Of a DNA stretch of 64,000 nucleotides, positions 1-13,324 are shown one piece after another. This DNA comes from Octopus vulgaris (Eukaryota). The position numbers and the translations under genes are program-made. The notes under the pieces were generated by a model. The model ran no database searches, was not told where the DNA came from, and saw only the letters and a program-made list of their open reading frames with translations. Numbering within the stretch: the stretch's first letter is position 1; every line of letters starts with the position of its first letter. The stretch is from assembly GCA_951406725.2 (NCBI GenBank), contig OX597814.1, positions 18,290,001-18,354,000 on the forward strand, given 5' to 3'.

Positions 1-277
1 CGACACCATCTTATCAAAATGAAATAATGTAATTTTATGCTAATTTTATGCCTAAAATACAGACAGCATAGAACTGCTTGGAATGTTTCAGATCATAGAT
101 TTACTTAGCCACAGACAGACCAGGTCTAAACAGTAGCAATAGCAACAAGAACATCAATAACGATGGATAAATTCTTAGTGGCCTATTGTAATTATAGTTC
201 TTCTTTTCTCGTATGAGTTGCTACAAGGCAGTTGACCGCTATCAGCCATGAACTGCTTTTGGTATTCTTTAGTGCAA

Positions 278-693
278 GGCGGCGAGCTGGCAGAGACGTT
301 AGCACGCCGGGCGAAATGCGTAGCCGTATTTCGTCTGCCGTTACGTTGTGACTTCAAATTCCGTCGAGGTCGACTTTGCCTTTCATCCTTTCGGGGTCGA
401 TAAATTAAGTACCAGTTACGCACTGGGGTCGATGTAATCGACTTAATCCGTTTGTCTGTCCTTGTCTGTCCCCTCTGTGTTTAGCCCCTTGTGGGTAGTA
501 AAGAAATAGGTATTTCGTCTACCGCTACGTTCTGAGTTCAAATTCCCCCGAGGTCGACTTTACCTTTCATCCTTTCGGGGTCGATTAAATAAGTACCAGT
601 TACGCACTGGGGTCGATATAATCGACTTAATCCGTTTGTCTGTCTTTGTTTCTCCCTTCTGTGTTTAGCCCCTTGTGGGTAGTAAAGAAATAA
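278..693 (+). mobile_element. tRNA-derived SINE family A, head plus two bodies (dimer)
   Basis: Pol III A-box-like tggcagagacgttag and B-box-like acttcaaattcc. The body restarts at 509 (aaagaaata|ggtatttcg). 15-bp TSD gtattctttagtgca at 262-276 and 694-708. Confidence 0.9.
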
Positions 694-1213
694 GTATTCT
701 TTAGTGCATGAATTAATGAGTCTTAGAAAATCCTTTTCAATGGAAATTTTGAAATTTATCAGTACATCACTTTATTTCAAGAGAATACAACGTAGAATTT
801 GTGATGTCAATATTACATTTTGTGAAAATTATCAAGTTTTATGAATATTGTAAAGGAAACCATTGCCACAATAGGGATGAAAATTTTCATGTACTTTCGA
901 TCCATAAGAAGATAAAGAAAAGGAAAGAAAAAGGAAATACATAACTACCCTCCTGATTTATGTTATTCTAAGAAAGATCGATACATCATGATTTTAATAG
1001 TTTTAAAGTTGGTTTCTGTTTTATCATCTATCATGCATTTTATGAAAATTAGCGCTGATGGAACTTGATCTATGACTGTCATTTGTTACCTCGAATGAAG
1101 CTTATAGAGTATCTAGTTTCCAAATGAGCGGATTATTGTGGTGTTGCTTCTGTATAAAATTTTGAGGATTTCGATCCTGACTGACGCATCGTCCAAGTCT
1201 TGTTGACATTTCT

Positions 1214-1214
<1 letters not shown>

Positions 1215-1248
<34 letters not shown>

Positions 1249-1322
1249 TACCACCACCACCCTCATCACCACCAACACCACCACCAACAACAACAACACC
1301 ACCACCACCAACACCACCGACA
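1215..1322. repeat. (ATC)n/(CAC)n/(CAA)n microsatellite
   Basis: Trinucleotide runs are directly visible. Confidence 0.9.
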
Positions 1323-1434
1323 AGACCAGAAAAGCAACAGCGTGAACTCTAACCCCGTCTCTTCCTCTCACTGATGGCAAAAGCAGCAAAGGAATATCTG
1401 AGCAACTTAAATATGCTCAAATACACATAAACGT

Positions 1435-1670
1435 GTACCTTAGTAGTTAGGGGTGTTCGGCTCACGATCGTCAGATCAGGGGTTTGGTTACTGGCTGCAC
1501 TTTGTGTGTTTGAGCAAAACACTTACTTCACGTTGCCCCATTCCATTCAACAGGCAAAAATGAGTAGTACTCGTATTTGAAAGGAACAACCTTTGTCACA
1601 TTCTATGTGTCACGCTGAATCTCCTTGAGAATTACGTAAGTGACTGAGTGCCACTTAGTTAAACGTACAT
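1435..1670 (+). mobile_element. old degenerate tRNA-headed SINE related to family C
   Basis: Decayed head, tgagcaaaacactt core, and tail gtgtcacgctgaatctccttgagaattacgtaag resembling the family C tail. Confidence 0.6.
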
Positions 1671-1682
1671 GACGGATTTCTG

Positions 1683-1876
1683 ATTTTGTAAGGAAGAGAT
1701 CATTGAATGAAATTTGGAAAAATTGTTCAATTTTGATATGAAAAATTGTCAGATTTTTCATATTTTGTTATTAATGAAAGGACATTATAAAAATATATTT
1801 TATAACGTGATTTTGTTATTAAATCATTATACCAGTTTATAAATAGGATAACTTCATATAAAATAGTCTTTTTCAA
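1683..1876. repeat. left arm of ~194-bp inverted repeat (partner 4018-4211)
   Basis: The reverse complement aligns to 4018-4211 with only a few mismatches. Confidence 0.9.
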
Positions 1877-1924
1877 TAGTCCATCTTCTGCCAAACTTCG
1901 CTCGTAAGACCTTGATAAAGTCAA

Positions 1925-2094
1925 CGTCTTTACGTTCTGAGTTCAAATTCCGCCGGGGTCGACTTTGCCTTTCATCCTTTCGGGGTCGATTAAATAAGTA
2001 CTAGTTACACACTGGGGTCGATATAATCGACTTAATCCGTTTGTCTGTCCTTGTTTGTCCTCTCTTTACTACCCTTGGGGGTAGTAAAGAAATA
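1925..2094 (+). mobile_element. SINE family A, 5'-truncated
   Basis: Matches the family A body from ttacgttctgagttcaaattcc to gtaaagaaata. Confidence 0.85.
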
Positions 2095-2759
2095 GATAAA
2101 GTTAACGTGCTGAACAATCAGATCGAACCATACATCACATGACTGGAGAGCTAAATTCCTAACAAGCCACCCATGGATGCGATCTAAAGATTTAAGCGAT
2201 TTTTCATTCAGTAACTAATATTCTATTCATTTTCTTAAGTATCTGAAATTTTGGCCCCGGCTAAAGAAATTTTAACTTGGAATCAAAGAGATAACACTGT
2301 TCCCGCTCCACATGGGTGTTATTTCTATGCTAAAGAGAATTAAAGAAGTTTGAATTTCGAGATCGATATTTATTTTGATTTATTTGACCCTTGCGAATTT
2401 TATCAATTTATTTTATCGACACATTTATGAACGAAAGGCAAAGTCGCTCCCAGTGATAGCAAAATTCAGCGCCTCGAGGGATGGAGAGAATTTTGTAAGA
2501 TATTTTTATTTGTAATGAAAACTGAAATACTCATATATATATCTACACAGACATAAACACACATAGACAGATGCACACGTACACTCACAGTCCTATACAC
2601 ATACACGTACATATAGCCTGTTTTTGTCTAGTTCACCTTCTTTCTCATTCTTTTGTGTCTCGCGTTCCGTCATAGTATAACTATGCACACACACAACGAA
2701 ATACATGTATATATATATACGCCTTGTCTATGCCTTGTTCTCTACACACTCGGTCTCCC

Positions 2760-2795
2760 TCTATCTCTATATGTCTCCCTCTTTCTGTCTGTCTG

Positions 2796-2845
<50 letters not shown>

Positions 2846-3272
2846 TGTTACTGACATAGACATCCTCTTAAAATCCCCACGAAAGAAATGAAAAATGATA
2901 TAGCTATGGATGATATGTGTCGACCAATTCATCAAGATAGAATTGTTAGAGATAGACTTAAAGATAGGCCAGAATGAAAACAAAATAACAATGAGAGAGA
3001 GAGAGAGAGAGAAAGAGGGAGATGGAGAGAGAGAATAAAAGAAGGCATTGGTAAAACAAAGCTAAAAAGAATGAAAGTAGGGAGTGCGGGGCTCAGAAAT
3101 AGTCTCCCTCACATTTATATTGATAAGGACGTATTTGGATTGTTTGCTTTTCTTCGCGTTTAAGATGACATTTGTTGAAGAAGACAAACATCTTTTCTGA
3201 TTTAAACAAGACCAGACAGCACAGACGCTCTAATGGAAATCTTCACTAGGTAATAAGAAATGTTTAGCGCTT

Positions 3273-3330
<58 letters not shown>

Positions 3331-3380
3331 CTCTTTCTTCTCCCTTCTCTTTCTTTCTTTCTTTCTCTCTTTCACTCTCT
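2760..3380. repeat. (CT)n/(GA)n microsatellite cluster
   Basis: (CT)n at ~2760-2838 and 3277-3325; (GA)n at 2993-3033. Confidence 0.9.
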
Positions 3381-3716
3381 CGACCAACAGTCAAGTATAC
3401 AAACAAACAAATGATTCAAGTAAATATATAGAAATCGTAAACAAATAATCTAACAATAACAATGGATGTAGAATAAGTAAGATGAGTTTGTGTAAGAAAT
3501 ACAAAAATAAAAGTATGTATATATTTAATGCTATACTAACAACAACACAGAGACATCAATAAAGTTAAATTAACCTACCTCACACTAAAGCAGATTTTGT
3601 TAATGTATTTTTGTCTTTATTTTGTTCCAGATTTTGCTGAAACCATTTGCAATTTTCGTTCTTTTCATTGTCACTTCACACCGTTTATTTACAATATTAT
3701 TTTTTTATCATTATAT

Positions 3717-3752
3717 CAGTGTTGTTATTGTTGTTATTGCTGTTGTTGTTAC

Positions 3753-3840
<88 letters not shown>

Positions 3841-3872
3841 ATAATAATAATAATTATTATTGTTGTTGTTGT
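3717..3872. repeat. (TTA)n/(TTG)n microsatellite
   Basis: Directly visible; it explains the poly-L/I/Y/N ORFs. Confidence 0.95.
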
Positions 3873-3960
3873 TTTTAGTTTTCACTGTGACAAAAAACTA
3901 AACTGAAGTTTTGTAAACGAAATATGTGTTCAAAAATAAATATAATTGTATGTTCATAAC

Positions 3961-4007
<47 letters not shown>

Positions 4008-4017
4008 TAGCCAAATG

Positions 4018-4211
4018 TTGAAAAAGACTATTTTATATGAAGTTATCCTATTTATAAACTAGTATAATGATTAAATTACAAAATCACGTAATAAAATATA
4101 TTTTTATAATGTCCTTTCATTAATAACAAAATATGAAAAATCTGACAATTTTTCATATCAAAATTGAACAATTTTTCCAAATTTCATTCAATGATCTATT
4201 CCTTACAAAAT
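4018..4211. repeat. right arm of ~194-bp inverted repeat (partner 1683-1876)
   Basis: See the left arm. It lies in a longer AT-rich tract with recurring ttcataacaaaat-like motifs. Confidence 0.9.
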
Positions 4212-4936
4212 TTTTAGATTGCCTTAATAACAAAGTTTTACATCATAATGTATTTTGCAATAAGTTTACAATATTTTCATAACGAAATTATATATCAACT
4301 TCATAACTCTTTTAATGAATTCGTAACACAATTTTTATAGTCTTCAGAACAAAATTTGGCAATGCCTACATAACCACATATAATATATTGAAAGGTTATA
4401 ATGTTTTCATAACAAAATATTCTTTCATAATAAACATTTATATTATCCTAATAAAATTTCGAAATGCTAAAAGGTTTTCTTAACAATTATGTATAAGGTC
4501 AACAGAGCAAAATCTTATAATGTGGAACTAAGAGAATTTTCGATACATAGAATCATTCTTTATATTTTGGGAGATCGAATATGTGGTTTGTGACAGTGAA
4601 TACGTGCGATCGGGAAGTATTTTGAGTTCTGTTATCTTATAGGTCAGCGAAATTAATGCAAAGAAATTGCTTAGGTTTATTCGAAATTATATTTCCTTGT
4701 AGTTGAGAGATATATGAGAATATAAGAGGATAATATCAGACAATGATATGCTTTATTGAGCAAAACACAGGATAAGCAGAGAATAAAAAGCATAGGGGTT
4801 GCAGACCGCCAGTTATTGAGAAACCTAAAGTACTTAACATGTTCGACTGAACTGTGCGAGGGTTTTCGCTGCTGCTTCCACTAGAGAGGAAGACAAATTA
4901 AAAGATTCCTTCTTAGTTTCTAGGTGATATGCTATT

Positions 4937-5317
4937 GGATGGAAGCACTCCGTCGGTTCCGACGATGAGGGTTCCGGTTGATCCGATCAACGGAACAGCC
5001 TGCTCGTGAAATTAACGTGTAAGTGGCTGAGCACTCCACAGACACGTGTACCCTTAACGTCGTTCTCGGGGATATTCAGCGTGACACAGAGAGTGACAAG
5101 GCCGGCCCCTTGAAATACAGGTACAACAGAAACCGGAAGTAAGAGAAAGTTGTGGTGAAAGAGTACAGCAGGGATCACCACCACCCCCTGCCGGAGCCTC
5201 GTGGAGCTTTAGGTGTTTTCGCTCAATAAACACTCACAACGCCCGATCTGGGAATCGAAACCGCGATCCTATGACCGCGAGTCCGCTGCCCTAACCACTG
5301 GGCCATTGCGCCTCCAC
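4937..5317 (-). mobile_element. tRNA-derived SINE family C, full length
   Basis: Minus-strand head gtggaggcgcaatggcccagtggttaggg...ggtttcgattccc. TSD atatgctatt at 4927-4936 and 5318-5327. Confidence 0.92.
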
Positions 5318-5538
5318 ATATGCTATTAAAGTGTGGTAGAATAATGATGGAAGGTGGGCAACAGGCGAAAATATTATTCTTTTCTATATTTTGACTTTTG
5401 CTAACTACTATGTTGCTTTCTAAGCGTTGCCCATCAATCTATCAGCGGAACAGAGAGAGAATGAGAGATTTTTTGAAAAAGAGAAAACGATCATGAAGTT
5501 TATGGCATATAAGCAATTAACAGTTTTAAATTAATTTA

Positions 5539-6105
5539 AGCACAAGGCACTAAATTTTGGGGGAGGGGGCCAGTCGATTAGATCGACCTCAGTGCGCAAC
5601 TGGTACTTAATTTATCGATCCTGAAATGATAAAAAGCAAAGTCGACTTCGGCGGAATTTGAAATCAGAACGTAAAGACAGAAGAAATACCAATTTCTTTA
5701 CTACCCACAAGGGGCAAAACACAGAGGGAACAAACAAGGACAGACAAACGGATTAGGTCGATTATATCGATCCCAGTACGTAACTGGTACTTAATTTATC
5801 GACCCTGAAACGATAAAAAGCAAAGTCGACTTCGGCGGAATTTGAACTCAGAACGTAAAGACAGACGAAATACCTATTTCTTTACTACCCACAAGGGGCT
5901 AAACACAGAGGGAACAAACAAGGACAGACAAACGGATTAAGTCGATTACATCGATCCCAGTACGTAACTGGTACGTAATTTATCGACCTCGATAGGATGA
6001 AAGGCAAAGTCGACCTCGGCGGAATTTGAACTCAGAACGTAGCGGCAGACGAAATACCGCTAAGCATTTCGCCCGGCGTGCTAACGGTTCTGCCAGCTCG
6101 CCGCC
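5539..6105 (-). mobile_element. SINE family A multimer (head plus three bodies, the last with an alternative tail)
   Basis: Head at 6105. Body junctions near 5873 and 5690 (gaaatacc|tatttc). Confidence 0.88.
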
Positions 6106-6124
6106 TTATTTAGACAAATATTCA

Positions 6125-6425
6125 TGATGACTTAGTGGTTAAAGCGTCGAGCCCTCAATCATGAGATACTGAGTTCGATTCTCGGACCGAGTAGTGTATT
6201 GTGTTCCTGAGCAAAACACTTTATTTCATGTTGCTCCAGTTTACTCAGCGGGAGAAATGAGTTGCGACGTCACTGGTGCCAAGCTGTATCATTATTTTAC
6301 CTTACATAACATTAGTGGTGCAGAAAGAGGAAGCTTGTATGCATGGGTGACTGTTGGTCTTCCATAAACAACCTAGCCTGGACTTGTGCCTCGAAAGGAA
6401 AATTTCTAGATGCTATCTCACGGTT
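6125..6425 (+). mobile_element. old tRNA-headed SINE (CORE-like)
   Basis: A-box ttagtggttaaagcg and B-box gagttcgattctc, followed by tcctgagcaaaacacttt. Confidence 0.65.
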
Positions 6426-6849
6426 ATTACACTATACATTCACATACACACACAAAAAAAGAAAACCACAATCTCACACACACACATTCATATAAGTACA
6501 TATATATCTTTCTAATTCTGTGTCTGTTATGTGTGAATATACATGTGTGTGTATGTGTGTGTTTGCGCGCGCGTGTGTGTGTATAAGTGCGTGTGGTCTT
6601 CGATAACTTTTCTCCAATCTTACCGTTTTCTGCTTTCAACTTCTTTCCTCTGTATTTCTTTGAAAAGGGACATAAGTTCGAAATATAATGATGTTTCATC
6701 TTTCCTTCCTGCGTAAAACTAACGTCATACTTTTGTATTTTCGCTATTAGTTTTATATTTTGTTTCTAACATATCTCACACACAATTAATTGTTGGATCT
6801 GAAGAAAAGTGCAGTTGGCATCGCCTTTGCAGAGTCTCATACACCGGTG

Positions 6850-7280
6850 AGATCGATGAAATTAGTATTCTTCTTGAATTAGTCAATATCGACAGGAAAG
6901 ACCTGAGCAGATAGGGAATTCTAGAAACGGGATTTTCTGAAAAATGTAAGAATAAGATCTAATGATTTATATAAGGCCTAGGAGTTAGAAACAAAAATCT
7001 GCTGAGAGGAGGATAGGGTAGTAGATGGAAATTTCTGAGTAGATGCAGCATCCAAAGTGGAGTGGCCATATGAATATCAGTAGAGAAAGTAGAAAGAGGG
7101 GATAGTGATATTGTAAGATATATTAGGATCTGTAGGGCAGCTGCTCTATGTTATTCGATATAGTATTTTTCTATACAACGCAACTGTAGCAGGTCTATTA
7201 TGCTTGCACGCGGCAGAAAATTCGACAGCGTTACTCCACCAATATTCTTAGTTTGATATGTGTATGCTTTCAATAAAATG
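6850..7280 (-). mobile_element. highly decayed 3' fragment of a CR1/L2-like LINE
   Basis: The minus strand gives ILLKAYTY, resembling the post-RT LLKAYKTYVRP motif. Many disruptions. Confidence 0.3.
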
Positions 7281-7285
7281 GTTAT

Positions 7286-7339
<54 letters not shown>

Positions 7340-8280
7340 TTCTTTCTTGTGAAAACCATTGTATATTGTTTCAACAACATCATCTACAATGGGAGCTAAT
7401 ATATTGATCACGTTTTGGGACAGCTGCTAATCACATTTAGTATCATCTAAGGAAATGTTATAAAATAGACAACTTCAATTTTGAGTGTTTGGTTGAGGTT
7501 TTTATATTTTATTGCCGTTGTTTAGCAGACACTGAATGATACCATACTACGCACAAAGGATTTCTGCATTGAATTTACGTGTCTTCTTTTGAGATAGAGC
7601 TTATGTATGTATATATATTTATCTATGTATACTTTATTTTGGTATTTAAGTTCTTCGCAAAATTCAAAGCAGGCAAGTCTCTTTTGTTTAAGTCGGGATT
7701 TGTGAATATGCAGCGCGTGAGTGTGTAGAAATATATGTGGATGCATATGTCAATATACCTGCTCTCGTCTCATGGAATAGATGTACATGTCTCTTACTTA
7801 CCACACAGCCACTCCTACGCCTGCACGTATTATTTTTCCCAGTTTTAAACAAGGCAAATCACATACGCAGGTGATCTGATTGTGCATCATTGCATGATTT
7901 GTCTTCCTTGTTCTATAGAAATATATCAAGCATATTGTTGTTTGGATCGAGTTACTATATCCATTCGGTATACCTATATTCATTAGGTAGTGGGTAGCGA
8001 TTTTCTTCACTACTTCAGGGAGTGACGACCCTGCCTGACATGAGTCCCGGGCTCAGCTGGCTCCGGCTGATAGTATCCGGTATGGGTCCCTATCCAGGGT
8101 TACGTAAAGGAGGCAACCTTAAAAAAAAATCCGGAGTGGAGCCTCGTAGGTGGTTTAGTGTTCAAACTCGACACTCTTCCGGCTGCTCCTGCAACCAAGC
8201 TGGTGCCAAATGTAAAGCTCTGCACTCCTTTGGACTACATCGTGTAGATATGTACACGTGACAGCATATGCACATGTGCG

Positions 8281-8342
<62 letters not shown>

Positions 8343-8610
8343 AATATACACATACAGATGGGCGCATTTATAGTTTGTATCGTATATGGATCTCAATACA
8401 AGAACTTCATAAACGTTTTATATATATATTCTATTCTAGTCTAGGTACAAGGCCCGAAATTTTAGGGGCGGTGGGGCAGACAATTAGATCGACACCAGTG
8501 CGCAACTGGTTCTCAAATTATCAACCCCGATGATGATACGCAAAGTCGAACTCGGCGGACGTTTTATATATAATAACAATACTTTTGACAATCCTGAAAA
8601 TACATATAAC

Positions 8611-8672
<62 letters not shown>

Positions 8673-8676
<4 letters not shown>

Positions 8677-8803
8677 TGGCTGAGTGGTAAGTAGCTTGCT
8701 TACCAACCACATGGTTCCGGGTCCAGTACCACTGCGTGGCACCTTCGGCAACTGTCGTCTACTCTAAGCCTCTGGAAACTGAAAGAAACCCATCGTATAT
8801 ATG

Positions 8804-8849
<46 letters not shown>
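8673..8849 (+). mobile_element. SINE family B 5' half, interrupted by Tc1
   Basis: Head gagtggctgagtggtaagtagcttgcttaccaaccac through gaaactgaaagaa, then the internal (TA)n. Confidence 0.85.
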
Positions 8850-8852
<3 letters not shown>

Positions 8853-10458
8853 TTGCAGCCAAACTGTTCAGAACGGCATTGTTTTCGCCAGAAAAGTAAG
8901 TATAAGTTTTTATCAAAGTTGTTTTATATTCTATAATTTTTACAGACAATACATAAAACATTAATTGTTATTCTCTGAGATTTTGGTGTAATTTGAGAGG
9001 GTAATACAAAAGTTATTGATGATTTAGTGATTTACTGCAAAACCCATGACGGCCAAAATGATCATAACGGTTGCTTTTACTCCATGTTTTAGTATATTTA
9101 ACCGGCGAACTTTTTGAATTTGTTTACGTGACGGTTCGTTTACTAAACATTAGTAAGAATATCTGCAGTGTACTTTGTTAATATAATGCCACTTACTCCG
9201 ATATCAATTCGTCAGCAGATTATTAAGCTTCGAAAGAAGGATAATTTAAGTATTGGGTCTATTGCAAAGATTGTTAACAAGTCAAAAAGTGTTGTTCACG
9301 GTATTCTTAAGGTCTTTGATGATTGTGGTTCGTGTGAAGCAAAAAGTCTACAGATAGGCCAAGAAAAACGACCAAGAGAGAAGATCGTGCTATGGTAAAG
9401 TTGGTTAAAAAGGACAGATTTAAAACTGCTGCTGCTGTTTCTTGGGAAATGAGCATTGTACTGAAGAAAACGTTATCTCGAAAAACTTGTCTCATCGTTT
9501 AGTTGAACATAACCTACAAGCAAGATCACCAGCAGTGAAGCCACTGATCAGCTCCAAAAATAAAAAGTGTCGTCTTATCTTTGCAACCGAACATGTGTTG
9601 TGGTCTCAAGAAAAATGGCAAATGGTGCATTTCAGTTATGAATCTAAGTTTATGTTATTTGCCTCAGATGGGAAAAGGTAGGTTAGTTGAAAAGTAGGCG
9701 AAAAATTGTCGCCTAAATGCCTTAAGACTAGTGTTAAATTCGACAGAGGAAGTGTCATGGTTTGGGGGATGATATCTGGAGATGGTGTGGGCCCTTTGGT
9801 GCGATTACATGGAAAGGTAAATGCAGGAGTTTATAAACAACTTGTCTTGCCTGTGCTGAGAAATTCAACTAAGCGACCACCCATATTCATGCAGGACAAT
9901 GCCCCATGTCACAAGGCTAATGTGGTCATGAACTTCCTCAAGGCTGAAAAGGTTATTATTATGGATTGGCCTGCTCAAAGCCCAGATCTCAATCCTATTG
10001 AAAATGTGTGGAATATTCTAGGAGAACTTTCGAAAGCCAGAAATCCTAAAACAACCGAGCAATTATGGAATGCCCTTCAGGAAGAATGGAATAAGATCAC
10101 CTAGCAAGAAATTGAAAATTTAATTTCCTCATGCAGTCGAAGATGTCAACGTGTGATAGAAGCTAAAGGGCTTCACACTAAATATTAAATAATTCCAGTA
10201 TTCTCTGTCATTTATGATTATTTTGTTATTTTTTCAACCGTTCTGATCATTTTAGCCGCCATGGATTTTGCAGTAAATCACTAAATCATCCATAACTTTT
10301 GTATTATTCTCTCAAATCACACCAAAATCTCAGACAATAACAATTAATATCGTATTTATTTTCTGTGAAAATTATAGAATATAAAACGACTTTGATAAAA
10401 ATTTATACCTACTTTTCTGGCGAAAACAATGCCGTTCTGAACATTTTGGCCGCAACTG
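8850..10458 (+). mobile_element. full-length Tc1-family DNA transposon, IR/DR type, non-functional
   Basis: TA|cagttgc...gcaactg|TA ends. ~224-bp TIRs at 8850-9073 and 10235-10458, each with outer and inner direct repeats close to gcggccaaaatg(t/a)tcagaacgg. Internal transposase. Confidence 0.95.
9186..10188 (+). pseudogene. Tc1 DD34E transposase pseudogene
   Basis: HTH-like N-terminus (LSIGSIAKIVNKSKSVVHGILK), HFSYESKF (first catalytic D changed to Y), VMVWGMIS, MQDNAPCH and WPAQSPDLNPIENVW with 34 residues between D and E. Frameshifts, and stops at 9679-9681 and 10102-10104. Confidence 0.93.
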
Positions 10459-10490
<32 letters not shown>

Positions 10491-10750
10491 TGTATGTATG
10501 TATGTATGTATGTATGTGTGTGTGTGTATGTTTGTGTGTCTGTGTTTGGCCCCCAAACATCGCTTGATAATCGATGCTGGTGTGTTTTCGTCCCCGTAAT
10601 TTAGCATTTCGGCAAAAGAGATCGATAGAATAAGTCCTAGGCTTACAAAGAATAAGTCCTGGGGTCGATTTGCTTGACTTAAAGGCGTTGCTCCAGCATG
10701 GCCGCAGTCAAATAACTGAAACAAATAAAAGATTAAAAGTGTAAAAGAGT
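10459..10750 (+). mobile_element. SINE family B 3' half
   Basis: Continues the SINE begun at 8673: tgtgtctgtgtttg...ccagcatggccgcagtcaaa...gtaaaagag tail. Confidence 0.85.
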
Positions 10751-11483
10751 ATATATATATACATATATATATATATATAATTATATATATATAATTATAT
10801 ATATAACATACATATATGTAAGAATGTATGTATGTGTGCGTGTGTGCATGCGCGTACGTATGTGTTTGTGTATTATATATATATATATATATATATATGC
10901 ATGCATGTGTGTGTATGTTTTTCTTTTCCATCTATGTATGTAGCTTCGTTTCCAATCCTTTTCCCCCTCCATAGAAGCTGTTTTCGTGTCAGCGCTATTG
11001 TCTCTTTGTAACCTTCACCAATGCTACACAAAAGCACATTTGCACTGGTACATATATATACTTTCCAGTAACAACGCGATATATTCAATAATTATTATCT
11101 TTTGCCTTCTCTGAAATTCTGCAAGTACTTTCTATATTACTTTTCCTTGTTTAAATATATCTACCATAACTCAAATAAATAAATGAATAAATAACCAAAT
11201 ACGATTATCCATAACAATTCTACCTTCACACCTTTCTGTTTTATATCTAGAACTTGTCGTGCCTGTGTATTTGTATTTACGACTATGATTTCTGTATATC
11301 CCTGTATCTTTCTTTCCCGCACACTACATAACTTTCTGTGTCTATTACTAACAATATTTCTGTCTCTCTGCATGTATTCTCGACTCACATTCATTCTGTT
11401 TTGTCGCATATCAGGTGTTACTGATATTTGTATTGTTTGCCACTCTGAATACATACATATATACATACATACATGCATCATAC

Positions 11484-11537
<54 letters not shown>

Positions 11538-11590
11538 AAAAAAAAACATATATACATATACACATACACACAAACATAAGTACATAGATG

Positions 11591-11636
<46 letters not shown>

Positions 11637-11680
11637 TATATACATACACATAAATGTAAATCTATACATACGAATATATG

Positions 11681-11715
<35 letters not shown>

Positions 11716-12084
11716 GTATATATGCTTATATGACCATGTGTGTGTGTGTGTGTGTGGTTGGGCTTGCGTGTGTTTGCCTGTGTATATGGATGCACATTTT
11801 TATATTTTATTGCGCAAAGTTTTCTACTGTTTTCTATTCACTTCTCTTTTTTTTTGCCGTGGATATGGGTTATGCAAATGCTACAACCAGCTGCTCTCTT
11901 TCATAAGTGTCATAAAATAAAAAGGATAAACGTCATATTTTGGCATCTCCGTGCTCTTATTTAACGGTATATTTACGGACAGAAAGACTCCATAAGATAT
12001 ATTTTACAAACGAAGCGCATGGAAAAGAAAGATTCGTGTTGCACACATTGTATAAGAAGGTTAGGTAAAAATCATATTTGTACA

Positions 12085-12500
<416 letters not shown>

Positions 12501-12578
12501 ATGTGACGAAATCGAATGTCGATTCTATATGCCAAACTTTCAGAAGATACGCTATGTATATTACGTGTGTGTGTGTGT

Positions 12579-12623
<45 letters not shown>

Positions 12624-13324
12624 TGTGTTTGTGTCTGTGTATGTGTGTGTGTGTGTGTGTGTGTGCGTTGAAATGATTATACAATTAGTGTTTGTCATTT
12701 TAACATGGTTATCAAGGATCTTTTCAAATATGTGTGAATTTCTTGCCGTCGTTTTTTCTTTTGTCTTTTCTAGGCGACCGGGAACAAGAAGTTCTCACCT
12801 TCATCATCAACGCATGTCTCTCTAGACAATCATAATCTCCTTTTGAGGGAGGATGAATGGCATTGAACACTCGCCACTATTTCTTCATTAGTGGCAAAGC
12901 AACTGATTGTGTCATTATGATCGGATCTTCGACCCGTTCGTAAAAATAGTCTTACTAGTGCATTACTCGTCTCACTTTACAGAGATATCTGTAGAATGTA
13001 GATATATCACCCGCAAACGTTTTGTTATGTACTTTCGTTTTCTGTTGTGCATGATGTTCCACTGGTCTGATGAGTTTGCCGCTTTTACTAGCATAACAAC
13101 TTTGCAACTGTATCGTACAACACTCAGCATATATAAGAAATAAATGAAATACTTACACGGACCCATGAAAAAAGGCAAAAACAAGAGTCATGTGTACACA
13201 TAAGTACCCCAGTCATATCTAAATGTAATATCCTTTAGCCAGCCTCAGTACACGTGTGAACTATTCTGAACCACAACTTTTAGTGGTTACCAGTCCCCGT
13301 TATTATTAGTATATATATATATAT

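Noticed and set aside
175-423. Recurrent ORF MRNWYLIYRPRKDERQSRPRR (also at 21431, 31080, 36303, 49933 and 58884)
   Set aside because: Antisense translation of SINE family A, not a gene family. The recurrent family B and C peptides have the same explanation.
4600-4900. Mariner-like terminal remnant (also ~59710-59800)
   Set aside because: Resemblance by impression only; no paired TIRs or transposase motif found.
13060-13085. CTGATGAG hammerhead core
   Set aside because: No matching GAAA or stems nearby.
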